The notes beneath the pieces were generated by a model. The model saw nothing but the letters and a program-made list of their open reading frames with translations. It made no database searches and was not told the origin of the DNA. Below are positions 27,343 through 35,848 of a DNA stretch of 64,000 bases, piece after piece (within the stretch, counting starts at the first letter, position 1; each line of letters starts with the position of its first letter). The position numbers were made by a program, and so were the translations under genes. Origin of the DNA: Acidimicrobiia bacterium (lineage in GTDB: Bacteria; Actinomycetota; Acidimicrobiia; IMCC26256; JAENVU01). Location of the stretch: the NCBI GenBank assembly GCA_046598395.1, contig JBKJIQ010000025.1, forward strand, positions 1,668 to 65,667, read 5' to 3'.

Positions 27343-28399
27343 GGAGCCCGCGACCAGTCACCAGCGGGAGGTCGAGGGTGGAGAGCACGCCGGGCGCGGA
27401 CGCGCACACCGCGGGTATCGCGTTGATGAGACGCATGCCGGTGGCCACGAGGCCGCCGGTGTTGTGATCGCCGTCTTCGCCCATCATCTCGAGCTCGAGG
27501 GTGTAGTTGGGTGAGCCTTCGATCGTGATCCGATACCCGCCACTTCCCTTGGGTTGGGGCCAATCCGGGGCAATGTCGGGATGCATGCGGGTCACGTGCT
27601 CAACGATGATCGCCGGACGGCCGCGTACCCAACCCTGGACTTCGAAACGCAGGCCGGCCATCGTTCCGGCGGCGATCGGACCTACCGCCGTCTCGAAGTC
27701 GGCCGTGGCCGGGAACTTCTCCACCACCTCGCGAATCTCGTCGATCGTCTCGCCGAGTCCAGCCGCAATCATGTGCAGCACTCCGCCCCAAGCGAAGGTG
27801 AGTCCGCCGGGGATCAGGAGCAACGGGGTGTGTTCGAGCGGCCCGCCGAAGCCCATGGTGTCGAAGAGCACCTCGGGTTGGAGGTACGTGGAATAGTCGA
27901 GGTTCTCCACAATCCGGATCGAGTCGATGCGTTCGCAGAATCCACTCGCCATGAGCGGGAGCAGGTCGTTGGCGAAACCGGGATCGATGCCAGAGGTGAA
28001 GCATGAGGTGTTTCCGGCTTCGCACGCGGCGCGGAGTTGCCGTACCCACCCGCGTGGTGCGGTGGGCGGGAAGATCAAGGACACGACGGCAGTCGAGACC
28101 ACGTTCTTGCCGGACTCGAGCAGACGACACATGTCGTCCACGGCCTCTTGCGGTCGCAGGTCGCCGGTGGCGGTGTACACCACCACGTCCGCGTCGAGCG
28201 CCAGGAGTGCATCGGCATCGTTGGTGGCGAGCACGCCGGTGGGTTGGTCCAGCCCACAGAGCGTGGAGGCGTCCTTGCCCGCCTTCGTTGCGGAATGGAC
28301 CCACAAGCCGACGAGTTTGAGGTCGGGATGTCCGATGATGGAACGGAGGGTGTGCTGGCCGACGTTGCCGGTGGACCACTGCATCACGCGAAGAGTCAT
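27335..28399 (-). CDS. DapB-N-like NAD(P)-binding oxidoreductase (dihydrodipicolinate reductase-like / amine dehydrogenase family)
   Basis: MTLRVMQWSTGNVGQHTLRSIIGHPDLKLVGLWVHS N-terminus is typical of this actinobacterial family. Confidence 0.6.
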   Translation of the reverse strand: MTLRVMQWSTGNVGQHTLRSIIGHPDLKLVGLWVHSATKAGKDASTLCGLDQPTGVLATNDADALLALDADVVVYTATGDLRPQEAVDDMCRLLESGKNVVSTAVVSLIFPPTAPRGWVRQLRAACEAGNTSCFTSGIDPGFANDLLPLMASGFCERIDSIRIVENLDYSTYLQPEVLFDTMGFGGPLEHTPLLLIPGGLTFAWGGVLHMIAAGLGETIDEIREVVEKFPATADFETAVGPIAAGTMAGLRFEVQGWVRGRPAIIVEHVTRMHPDIAPDWPQPKGSGGYRITIEGSPNYTLELEMMGEDGDHNTGGLVATGMRLINAIPAVCASAPGVLSTLDLPLVTGRGLLS

Positions 28400-28416
28400 G
28401 GCTGCGACCGTAATGA

Positions 28417-29121
28417 ATGGATCCCGTCGACGACAATATGCACACAGGAAGGAACCCTGTGGCTTTTCGATTCCCGAAGTTTTCGAACCAGACGATGGTC
28501 GACCCGGAGCGAGCGCTGCCCGGTCGGGCCGAGGAGATCACCGTGACCGACACTCATTTCGTGAATGGCAACCCGCTGCAGGCCCCGTATCCCGAGGGTC
28601 TCGAATCCGCAATGTTCGCGCTCGGATGTTTCTGGGGTGCCGAGCGCAAGTTCTGGGTCCTCGACGGCGTGTACACGACGGCCGTCGGTTACGCGGCGGG
28701 CACCACGCCGAACCCCACGTACCAAGAAGTGTGTGGTGGGCGCACGGGCCATACCGAAGCAGTGTTGGTGGTGTTCGACCCGTCGGTCGTCTCCTACGGC
28801 GAACTGCTGCGCGTGTTCTGGGAATCGCATGACCCGACCCAAGGGATGCGTCAGGGCAATGACGTCGGCACGCAATACCGCTCCGGCGTGTACTGGTTCA
28901 CCGAAGGGCAACGTGATGCGATCGAAGCGTCGCGTGCGATGTTCCAGGAAGGCCTCACCGCCGCGGGCTACGGCGAAATCACGACCGAGGTCCTCCCCGC
29001 GCCGGAGTTCTATTTCGCCGAGGATTACCACCAGCAGTACCTCGCTAAGAACCCCGGCGGCTACTGCGGACTGGGCGGTACTGGCGTGTCGTGCCCGGTG
29101 GGAGTCGGCGAGACCACCTGA
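28417..29121 (+). CDS. msrA: peptide-methionine (S)-S-oxide reductase MsrA
   Basis: Active-site GCFWGAE and conserved YRSGVYW, HQQYL. The start is uncertain: ATG at 28417, 28438 or the [11 protein letters not shown] start. Confidence 0.93.
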   Translation: MDPVDDNMHTGRNPVAFRFPKFSNQTMVDPERALPGRAEEITVTDTHFVNGNPLQAPYPEGLESAMFALGCFWGAERKFWVLDGVYTTAVGYAAGTTPNPTYQEVCGGRTGHTEAVLVVFDPSVVSYGELLRVFWESHDPTQGMRQGNDVGTQYRSGVYWFTEGQRDAIEASRAMFQEGLTAAGYGEITTEVLPAPEFYFAEDYHQQYLAKNPGGYCGLGGTGVSCPVGVGETT

Positions 29122-29149
29122 ATCATTTCGACGACTCTCAGACGCCGGT

Positions 29150-29608
29150 TCAGGTTGCCTGCACCAAGGGTTCCAGCGCGGTGATGTAGTCGACGAGGCG
29201 TGACGCGATCTCGAACGCAATACCGGGATCGCTCAGATCGGGGTCGAGCCAGGTCTCCGAGATACGACGCCAGTTCTCGGCTCGGCCGAGGAACGGGGCA
29301 ACCTCGGCTTCCTCTCCGATTTCCTTGCGCCACCGCTTCTCGTTCGCGGTGAGGCGCGCGATCACCGCGTCGTTGTCATGCGCTTTGGAATGCTCCGAAT
29401 GGAACCCGACTTCGAGGGCGAGCGTGCGCGCATCGGGCACATCGCGTGCCCCCACCACCTGGGCTTCGTAGTGCTCCTTGGTGGCCTTCGCAGTGTTGAA
29501 CCACACCTTGATGCCGTACCGGTGGGACTTCACGTGCAGCGTGCCGAGCTCTGCGGGGAGCAGACCGCGGACGGCGTCCTCCACGTCGGCAAAGAGTGAT
29601 GGTTCCAT
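29150..29608 (-). CDS. hypothetical protein
   Basis: 152 aa with protein-like composition. I recognise no secure family. The C-terminal WRKEIGEE...NWRRISETW pattern is vaguely DUF4268-like. Confidence 0.5.
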   Translation of the reverse strand: MEPSLFADVEDAVRGLLPAELGTLHVKSHRYGIKVWFNTAKATKEHYEAQVVGARDVPDARTLALEVGFHSEHSKAHDNDAVIARLTANEKRWRKEIGEEAEVAPFLGRAENWRRISETWLDPDLSDPGIAFEIASRLVDYITALEPLVQAT

Positions 29609-29642
29609 CGCTCCAGCATGACCGCGAGCGGCCCGGGGAGCG

Positions 29643-30482
29643 TCAGAGGGAGATGAGGACGAGCCCGACCACCGCCAGCGCCAGACCGGCGATGCGGCCG
29701 CGACCGATGCGTTCGTGTCCGAAGGCGCGGGCGAGGAGCACGGTCACGGCCGGGAACAGGTTGGCGACGGGCGCCACCACGCTCAGCAGGCCTTGCCGGA
29801 CCGCGACCACGAGGAGTGCATTGGCGGCGGCGTCGGTCAGGCCGGAGATCGTGACGATCGGGAGCACCGAGCGCGGGAGTCGCCACCGCTGCTTGAAGAG
29901 TGGAAGTCCGATCGCCAGCACCACTACCGGCGCCACCCGGGCGGCGACGGCGGTCCAAAGGCCGGCACCGTGCGATGTCTCCGAGATCAGGATCAGGTAG
30001 AGGCCAAAGCCAACGGCGGCCCCGAGCCCGCACTGGATTTCGACGCGACGGCCGAGCGCGCCCTCGGTCGTGGGTTCCTCTGCCGATCCGGCGACCACGC
30101 CGATGGCGACGAGCGCGATCACAATGCCGATGATTGCGACGACACCCGGTTGTTCACCGCGTGCCAGGCCCCAGGTGACCTGAAGGATCGCCGCTCCCAC
30201 CGCGCTCAGCGGTGCAACCACACTCGCCCGCCCCTGCGAGAGGCCGCGGTACAGCAATGCCAGCCCGCATACCCCGAGCAGTCCGGCGATCGCGCTCAGA
30301 ACCAAATCTGCGAGCGTCGGGCTCCCGTGGGTGAAGGAGGCAAACCCGAGGAGCAGCACCAAACCGATGGCTTCGGTAGCGAGAATGACCGCGGTCTCCG
30401 GTGCTCGGCGTGAGGCCAGACCGCCGGTGAAATCGCCCGTGCCCCACGCGCACGCGGCGAGTAGCCCGAACAAGATCGCCAT
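29643..30482 (-). CDS. EamA/DMT family transporter
   Basis: 279 aa with about 10 hydrophobic helices arranged as two EamA halves. Confidence 0.8.
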   Translation of the reverse strand: MAILFGLLAACAWGTGDFTGGLASRRAPETAVILATEAIGLVLLLGFASFTHGSPTLADLVLSAIAGLLGVCGLALLYRGLSQGRASVVAPLSAVGAAILQVTWGLARGEQPGVVAIIGIVIALVAIGVVAGSAEEPTTEGALGRRVEIQCGLGAAVGFGLYLILISETSHGAGLWTAVAARVAPVVVLAIGLPLFKQRWRLPRSVLPIVTISGLTDAAANALLVVAVRQGLLSVVAPVANLFPAVTVLLARAFGHERIGRGRIAGLALAVVGLVLISL

Positions 30483-30578
30483 GCGCCGGACCGTACTCGC
30501 GGCGCCCGCGGTGACCGCGACGCATCTGCGAGGGAGGCGTCCCGACGATCATCAACCGTGGCTGCACACGGCGGTCGT

Positions 30579-30624
30579 GAACGAGCCGGACGAGCAATGA
30601 AGAACGAGCCGGACGAGCAATTAG
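30579..30624. repeat. 23-bp tandem duplication at the 3' end of the YVTN gene
   Basis: gaacgagccggacgagcaatgaa followed by gaacgagccggacgagcaattag. The first 20 nt are identical. The second copy contains the TAA stop (30621-30623, minus strand). Confidence 0.9.
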
Positions 30625-31820
30625 GACGTCCCGAAGATCATGATGGAGCCGGTGTAGTTGGCGACCCAGATGTGGCCGGTGGCGCGGTCATAGGTGATGC
30701 CGATCGGGTGGTACCCGGTCTGCACGTCCTGGATGTTGCCCATCGTGGTGGCATCCAGCGTGCTCATCGTGTTTGACTCGTAGTTCACGACGTACAGGTG
30801 TTTCCCATCGGTGGAGATCGCCATGCTGCGGGGCGCCCGGCCGGTCGAGACCTTGGCTTGCACCACGCCGTTCACCGGGTCGAGTTTGGCCACACGGCCT
30901 TCGCCGTTCAGCGTGGCGTACAGCGTGAGGCCATCGGGAGACAGCACAAGATGGCGTGGTCCCGCACCCACGTTGTAGATCCAGGAAAGTCCAAAACCGG
31001 CAAGGTCGATACGTGCGATGTTCTGGGTTCCCATCACTGCCACGTAGGCGGTTCGAGAGTCAGGCGTGATGACGATGCCGCGCGGGTACGGGCCGAGGGG
31101 GATCCGCTTCACCTCGGCGTTGGTCGCGAGGTCGATGATGCTGGCGTCGAAGCTGCACCAGTTGGTGACGACGAGCAACCTGCCGTCCGGGGATACCGCG
31201 ACGTACTTGGGGACTGCGCCCACGGGGATCACTGCGTCGATGGCGAGGGTGGCGATATCCACCCGGTAGACGAAGCTCGTGTCGGTTCCGTCGCCAGCCT
31301 GGCAATCGTCACTACCTTCAGGGCCAAACCCGGTGCCGTACATCGAGTAGTTGGAGATGTAGGCCTTCGTGCCGTCGGGGCTGAACGCGACTTCGACGGG
31401 CGCACCCCGTACCGGGCCAGGGTGCCCGCCGATGCCGAATGCGCTGAGATCGACGGCGTCGGGAATCGTCTTGGCGAGATCGCCGTTGCGGTCGTAGACC
31501 GTGATCGAATGTTTGTACATCATGTTCTGCGCGAAGACGTAGCCGCGGCCGGATGCGACCACGCTCTTCGGTGCGATGTCGCCGGTCACGGTGCGCAGGA
31601 GAGCCAAGGTGCCGTCGGAGTTGGGGATGGGCAGGGTCGTGGTCGTGGTGCTGGTTGATGTGCTGCTCGTGCTCGAGGATCGCGTCGTTCCGGCTGCGCC
31701 GGGGTCGTTTCGGTCCGCGCGGTTCGCGCGATTCGCACCGGAGTCCGAGCGTGAGGCCACGAGCACACTGACGAGGACCACGGTGACTGCGAGTAGGACG
31801 ATGAGTCCGAGCCGGCGCAT
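30621..31820 (-). CDS. membrane-anchored YVTN-family beta-propeller repeat protein
   Basis: N-terminal TM segment LGLIVLLAVTVVLVSVLV and a Ser/Thr-rich linker. Repeated ...P.G.A.SPDG...YV.N... units. Start is the ATG at 31820 (or GTG at 31823) and overlaps the ssuD stop. Confidence 0.8.
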   Translation of the reverse strand: MRRLGLIVLLAVTVVLVSVLVASRSDSGANRANRADRNDPGAAGTTRSSSTSSTSTSTTTTTLPIPNSDGTLALLRTVTGDIAPKSVVASGRGYVFAQNMMYKHSITVYDRNGDLAKTIPDAVDLSAFGIGGHPGPVRGAPVEVAFSPDGTKAYISNYSMYGTGFGPEGSDDCQAGDGTDTSFVYRVDIATLAIDAVIPVGAVPKYVAVSPDGRLLVVTNWCSFDASIIDLATNAEVKRIPLGPYPRGIVITPDSRTAYVAVMGTQNIARIDLAGFGLSWIYNVGAGPRHLVLSPDGLTLYATLNGEGRVAKLDPVNGVVQAKVSTGRAPRSMAISTDGKHLYVVNYESNTMSTLDATTMGNIQDVQTGYHPIGITYDRATGHIWVANYTGSIMIFGTS

Positions 31821-32887
31821 CACACGATGCCGTGGTTGAGGTGGGGGAGCACGAGTCGGCCGAAGTGTTCGGCCTCCTCGCGGTGGGGGTAACCGGAAAG
31901 TATGAAGGAGTCGATTCCCAGCGCGCGGTACGCCGCCAGTTTGGCCAGGATCTGATCCGGATCACCGACGATCGCCGCACCGCAACCGCTGCGCGCTCGG
32001 CCTATTCCGGTCCAGAGATTCTCTTCCACGAACCCGTCGTCGCTCGCGGTGGCTCGGAGTTCGGCCTGGCGTTGCACTCCTGCCGATTGACTGTCGAGTG
32101 AGCGAGCGCGGATCGCGGATCCGGCCGCATCGTCGAGGCGGCTCATGAGCCGGGCGGTTGCGGCCACCGCGTCAGCTTCGGTCTCGCGCACGATGACGTG
32201 GACGCGGTAACCGAATCGCAGCCCACGGCTATAGGTCGCGGCTCGCACGCGAAGGTCGTCGAGAATCGCGGCGACGGCGGGCAGCGTGTCGGGCCACATG
32301 AGGTAGACGTCGGCAGCCTGCGCGGCAACGTCGCGCGCCGCGTCGGACAGTCCGCCGAAGTAGAGCGGCGGGCATTGTCCGCTGACGGTGCGGGCCCCGG
32401 GCGGGTCGAGGGTGATGTCATAAAACTCGCCGTGGTGCTCCACGGTGTCACCGGCGAGGAACGCTCGGAGGAGTTGCATGACTTCGAGGGTGCGGCGGTA
32501 CCGAGGCTCGGAGGCGAGGGTTTGTCCGGGCAGGTCGCTGGAGATGATGTTGATGGTGAGGCGGCCGCGCAGCATCTGGTCGAGCGTCGCGAGTTGGCGC
32601 GCGAGCTGGGGTGGCCACATCTCGCCACACCGCACGGCCACGAGCAGTCGGATTCGTTCCAGCGTCGGTGCGATGCCGGCGGCAAAAGCAATCGTGTCGA
32701 TGCCGAGCGTGTAGCCCGAGGGCAGGAGGACGTTGTCGAAGCCCAGCCGATCGGCGGCGGCCACGATGTCGGCGCAGTGCTCCCACGATGATCGCAGCGC
32801 CGGATTCGCGACCCCGAGAAACTCGTAGTCGTCGTCACACAGCGCGCCGAACCACGCAATCTCCGCGGGCGCGGTAGGACCGCTCAC
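31820..32887 (-). CDS. ssuD: FMNH2-dependent alkanesulfonate monooxygenase-like LLM oxidoreductase
   Basis: Collinear with E. coli SsuD as recalled: PPLYFGGLSD, RFGYRVHVIVRETEADA, LWTGIGRARSGCGAAIVGD, YRALGIDSFILSGYPHREEA. The GTG at 32887 overlaps the AKR stop (GTGA). Confidence 0.7.
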   Translation of the reverse strand: MSGPTAPAEIAWFGALCDDDYEFLGVANPALRSSWEHCADIVAAADRLGFDNVLLPSGYTLGIDTIAFAAGIAPTLERIRLLVAVRCGEMWPPQLARQLATLDQMLRGRLTINIISSDLPGQTLASEPRYRRTLEVMQLLRAFLAGDTVEHHGEFYDITLDPPGARTVSGQCPPLYFGGLSDAARDVAAQAADVYLMWPDTLPAVAAILDDLRVRAATYSRGLRFGYRVHVIVRETEADAVAATARLMSRLDDAAGSAIRARSLDSQSAGVQRQAELRATASDDGFVEENLWTGIGRARSGCGAAIVGDPDQILAKLAAYRALGIDSFILSGYPHREEAEHFGRLVLPHLNHGIV

Positions 32888-33792
32888 GGGAGTGGTTGGC
32901 CTTCGGAGGCGACCACGATCCGGTAGCAATCGGTCCGGTCGAGATGCACGCGCAATGCGTCGGTGGCGCGCTTGAGATGTTCGGGATCCTGGCTGCCGAT
33001 GATCGAGACCGGGCGCGTGGGATGAGCCAGCGTGAACGCGATTGCTACGGCCGCGCGGTTCACGCCTTCGCGATGGGCGAGTTCATCAAGCACCAGCAGT
33101 AAGTCGGGGCGAACCTCGGTGCCGGTGACCAGCTGACCACCTGCGAGTGGGCTCCAGGCGAGTGGCGTCATGTGATCGCGCGCACAGCGATCGAAGGTGC
33201 CGTCACGTAACGGGTCGAGGTGGGTCGCGTTGTACCTCGGTTGGGTGGTGACGAGTGCCGTGCCGAGAAACTCGCGCAGCGCATCGTGTTGGGACGGCGT
33301 GTAGTTGGAGATTCCGATTGCTCGGATCTTGCCTTCGTCCCGCAGGGCCAGGAGCGTGGATGCCACGATCTCCGCATGAGCGAAGAGATCCGGTCGGTGT
33401 ACCTGGTAGAGATCGATGGTCTCGACGGCCAGTCGGTGCAATGAGGCTTCACAAGCTCGGCGCAGCGCTTCCGCGCTCGAGTCATACGGTACGGGAGGAT
33501 GGATGCCGCCCTTGGTGGCGAGCACGATGTGCTCGCGGAGTTCAGGGGCGTCGGTGAGGACTGATCCGAGTAATGCCTCGCAGGAGCCGAAACCGGTACC
33601 GCCCCAGTCGAGCCCATATACATCGGCGGTATCGACGAGCCGCATCCCGTGGTCGAGCGCGGCGTCGAGTGCGCGGCGAGCGTCACGGATGTGACCATGG
33701 GTGAATCGCCAGCATCCGAAGGCAAGGGGTCCAACGTGGAGTCCGGAACTCCCGAGTTCGCGCGTGCCGGCGTCGACAAGGTTCTCGGCCAT
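32884..33792 (-). CDS. aldo/keto reductase
   Basis: From MAENLVDAGTRELGSSGLHVGPLAFGCW. Motifs DTADVYG, LATKGG, IDLYQVHRPD and IGISN. The rest of track ORF 32884..34833 is antisense to the Gfo/Idh/MocA gene. Confidence 0.88.
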   Translation of the reverse strand: MAENLVDAGTRELGSSGLHVGPLAFGCWRFTHGHIRDARRALDAALDHGMRLVDTADVYGLDWGGTGFGSCEALLGSVLTDAPELREHIVLATKGGIHPPVPYDSSAEALRRACEASLHRLAVETIDLYQVHRPDLFAHAEIVASTLLALRDEGKIRAIGISNYTPSQHDALREFLGTALVTTQPRYNATHLDPLRDGTFDRCARDHMTPLAWSPLAGGQLVTGTEVRPDLLLVLDELAHREGVNRAAVAIAFTLAHPTRPVSIIGSQDPEHLKRATDALRVHLDRTDCYRIVVASEGQPLP

Positions 33793-33794
33793 GA

Positions 33795-33809
33795 GTCGTA
33801 CGCTACGAC
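33795..33809. promoter_or_regulatory. 15-bp palindrome in the 21-bp divergent intergenic gap (candidate operator)
   Basis: GTCGTA-CGC-TACGAC has perfect 6-bp arms. It lies between the AKR start (33792, minus) and the oxidoreductase start (33814, plus). Confidence 0.3.
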
Positions 33810-33813
33810 ACCC

Positions 33814-34887
33814 ATGGATGACCTTCGGTACGGGATTATCGGTGCGGGGATGATGGGTCTCGAACATTTCCGCAACCTGCAGGCCCTGGACGGCGCACGC
33901 GTTGCGGCTATCGCCGATCCTTCCGAGGCCTCCCGCGAATGGGCGCGCCTGACTGCGGGTGACGAGGAGCTGGAGTGCTTCGCCTCGCATCACGAAATGC
34001 TCGACCGTGGTCTGGTGGATGCGATCGTGATCAGCACTCCGAACATGACCCATGTGGATGTGGTGCTCGACGTCCTCAGGTCGCCACTCCCCGTACTGGT
34101 CGAGAAGCCGTTGTGTACGACCGTCGCGGATTGTCGGCGGGTGATCGACGCCGCCGAGGGTAGGGATGCAATCGTGTGGGTCGGCCTCGAATACCGCTAC
34201 ATGCCGCCGGTGGCGCGGCTGATCCGGGAGGTGCGCGCCGGGGCGGTGGGGTCGGTGAAGATGATCGCGATTCGTGAACATCGTTTCCCGTTCCTGCCCA
34301 AGGTGGACGACTGGAACCGCTTCAATCGCAACACGGGCGGGACGTTGGTCGAGAAGTGCTGTCACTTCTTCGACCTCATGAACCACATCGTCGGAGCGGT
34401 TCCCACACGGGTCTTCGCATCGGGCGGCGCGGACGTGAACCATCGAGACGAGCGCTACGGCGGCGAGGTCCCCGACATATTGGACAACGCGTACGTGGTC
34501 TTGGACTACCCGGACGGCACGCGCGCCATGCTTGATCTCTGCATGTTCGCGGAGGGATCCGCCGAACAAGAGGAGATTTCGGTCGTCGGGACTGCGGGCA
34601 AGATCGAAGCCAACCTGCCCGGAGCGGAGTTGCGGTTCGGCCGGCGTGACACCGGCCGGGCCGGGGTGCGGCGCGAGGTCGTTTCCGACTCGAGCGTGGC
34701 TCATGAGGGCTTCCATCACGGATCCAGCTATCTCGAACACGTCGCCTTCCTCGAGACGATCCGATCGGGCGGTCGACCGACGGTCGGGCTCGAGGAAGGG
34801 CTGGAGTCGGTCGCGGTCGGCGTTGCGGCGCACCGGTCGATCGAAGCGGGGCGGCCGGTCTTGCTGGCTGAAGTCTTGGGGACATAG
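33814..34887 (+). CDS. Gfo/Idh/MocA family oxidoreductase
   Basis: MDDLRYGIIGAGMMGLEH Rossmann start and VEKPL motif. The ATG at 33814 is preferred over the track start at 33649. Confidence 0.85.
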   Translation: MDDLRYGIIGAGMMGLEHFRNLQALDGARVAAIADPSEASREWARLTAGDEELECFASHHEMLDRGLVDAIVISTPNMTHVDVVLDVLRSPLPVLVEKPLCTTVADCRRVIDAAEGRDAIVWVGLEYRYMPPVARLIREVRAGAVGSVKMIAIREHRFPFLPKVDDWNRFNRNTGGTLVEKCCHFFDLMNHIVGAVPTRVFASGGADVNHRDERYGGEVPDILDNAYVVLDYPDGTRAMLDLCMFAEGSAEQEEISVVGTAGKIEANLPGAELRFGRRDTGRAGVRREVVSDSSVAHEGFHHGSSYLEHVAFLETIRSGGRPTVGLEEGLESVAVGVAAHRSIEAGRPVLLAEVLGT

Positions 34888-34933
34888 CCGTGGAACTGGC
34901 GCGCGACGATGTCAACGCGAGAACGTGCCGACC

Positions 34934-35788
34934 ATGAGCACCGAACCGATGAGCAGTGAAACCACCCGCCTTGTCCTGGTCGACCGTCCGCAGCCCCATA
35001 CCGCGGTGGTGACACTCAATCGCCCGGATCGGTTGAACGCGATGTCGATCGAGCTCGTGATCGAGCTCGAGGCCCAGCTCCAAACGCTCGCCGGCGACAA
35101 CGACACATGGGTTGTGATCCTCACCGGTTCGGGTCGCGCATTCTGTTCCGGTCTCGATCTCAAGGACTACGGCATCATCCCCAACATCGACGGCCTGAGC
35201 GTCGGTCGAATCGCGCAGCGCTCGATGCGCCACTACTCGCGGCTGATTCTCACATTGCGGAGCATGCCGCAGCCGGTCATCGGCGCGATCAACGGACCTG
35301 CCTACGGCGGCGGCATGTGTCTCACGCTCGGTACCGAGATGCGCTTCGCTTCGGAGACCGCGACGTTTAATGCGACGGGCATCGTCAATGGACTCACGAG
35401 TACCGAACTCGGCGTGAGCTGGTTGTTGCCTCGGCTCGTGGGCGCGGCGCATTCCAACGACATGCTGCTTACCGGCCGCCGGGTCGATGCCGACGAGGCG
35501 TTCCGCATGGGTCTGGTGTCGCGCGTGTTCCCGGACGTTGAGTTACTCGACGAAGCACTCGCGGTCGCTCGGCGGATGTGCGAGTTCAGCCCGTATGGGC
35601 TCGCGATGACCAAGGAGATCCTTTGGGTGAACTTGGAGAACCCGAGCCTGGCCGCGGCAATCGAGATCGAAGATCGGAACCAGCTCATGCTGGGGTTCAC
35701 CGAAAACCTGCCCGAGGCCATTCGGGCCTTCGATCAGGGCCGCGAACCCGTCTACACCGACGCCCCTCGTCGCGACCTGTTCGGCTGA
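34934..35788 (+). CDS. enoyl-CoA hydratase/isomerase family protein
   Basis: VVTLNRPDRLNAM...VILTGSGRAFCSGLDL...NGPAYGGGMCL crotonase motifs. ATG at 34934. Confidence 0.88.
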   Translation: MSTEPMSSETTRLVLVDRPQPHTAVVTLNRPDRLNAMSIELVIELEAQLQTLAGDNDTWVVILTGSGRAFCSGLDLKDYGIIPNIDGLSVGRIAQRSMRHYSRLILTLRSMPQPVIGAINGPAYGGGMCLTLGTEMRFASETATFNATGIVNGLTSTELGVSWLLPRLVGAAHSNDMLLTGRRVDADEAFRMGLVSRVFPDVELLDEALAVARRMCEFSPYGLAMTKEILWVNLENPSLAAAIEIEDRNQLMLGFTENLPEAIRAFDQGREPVYTDAPRRDLFG

Positions 35789-35814
35789 GCGAGACACGGA
35801 ATCCCCGACAGAAT

Positions 35815-35828
35815 TAGAATCTGTTCTC
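35815..35828 (+). promoter_or_regulatory. AT-rich -10-like TAGAAT overlapping a KstR-like palindrome upstream of the Rieske oxygenase
   Basis: TAGAATCTGTTCTC matches the mycobacterial KstR consensus TnnAACnnGTTnnA at 4 of its 6 fixed core positions, with a further mismatch at the terminal A. An AGGAGG RBS follows at 35838-35843 and the GTG start at 35849. This is the only AT-rich patch in the spacer. Confidence 0.35.
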
Positions 35829-35848
35829 ATTTCGCTAGGAGGCCTGTC

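Noticed and set aside
30586-30617. CCGGACGAG, the opening of the guanidine-III (ykkC-III) riboswitch consensus, occurs twice inside the 23-bp duplication near an EamA transporter.
   Set aside because: The motif is on the plus strand, whereas the transporter and its leader are on the minus strand. The rest of the ~41-nt pseudoknot consensus is absent.
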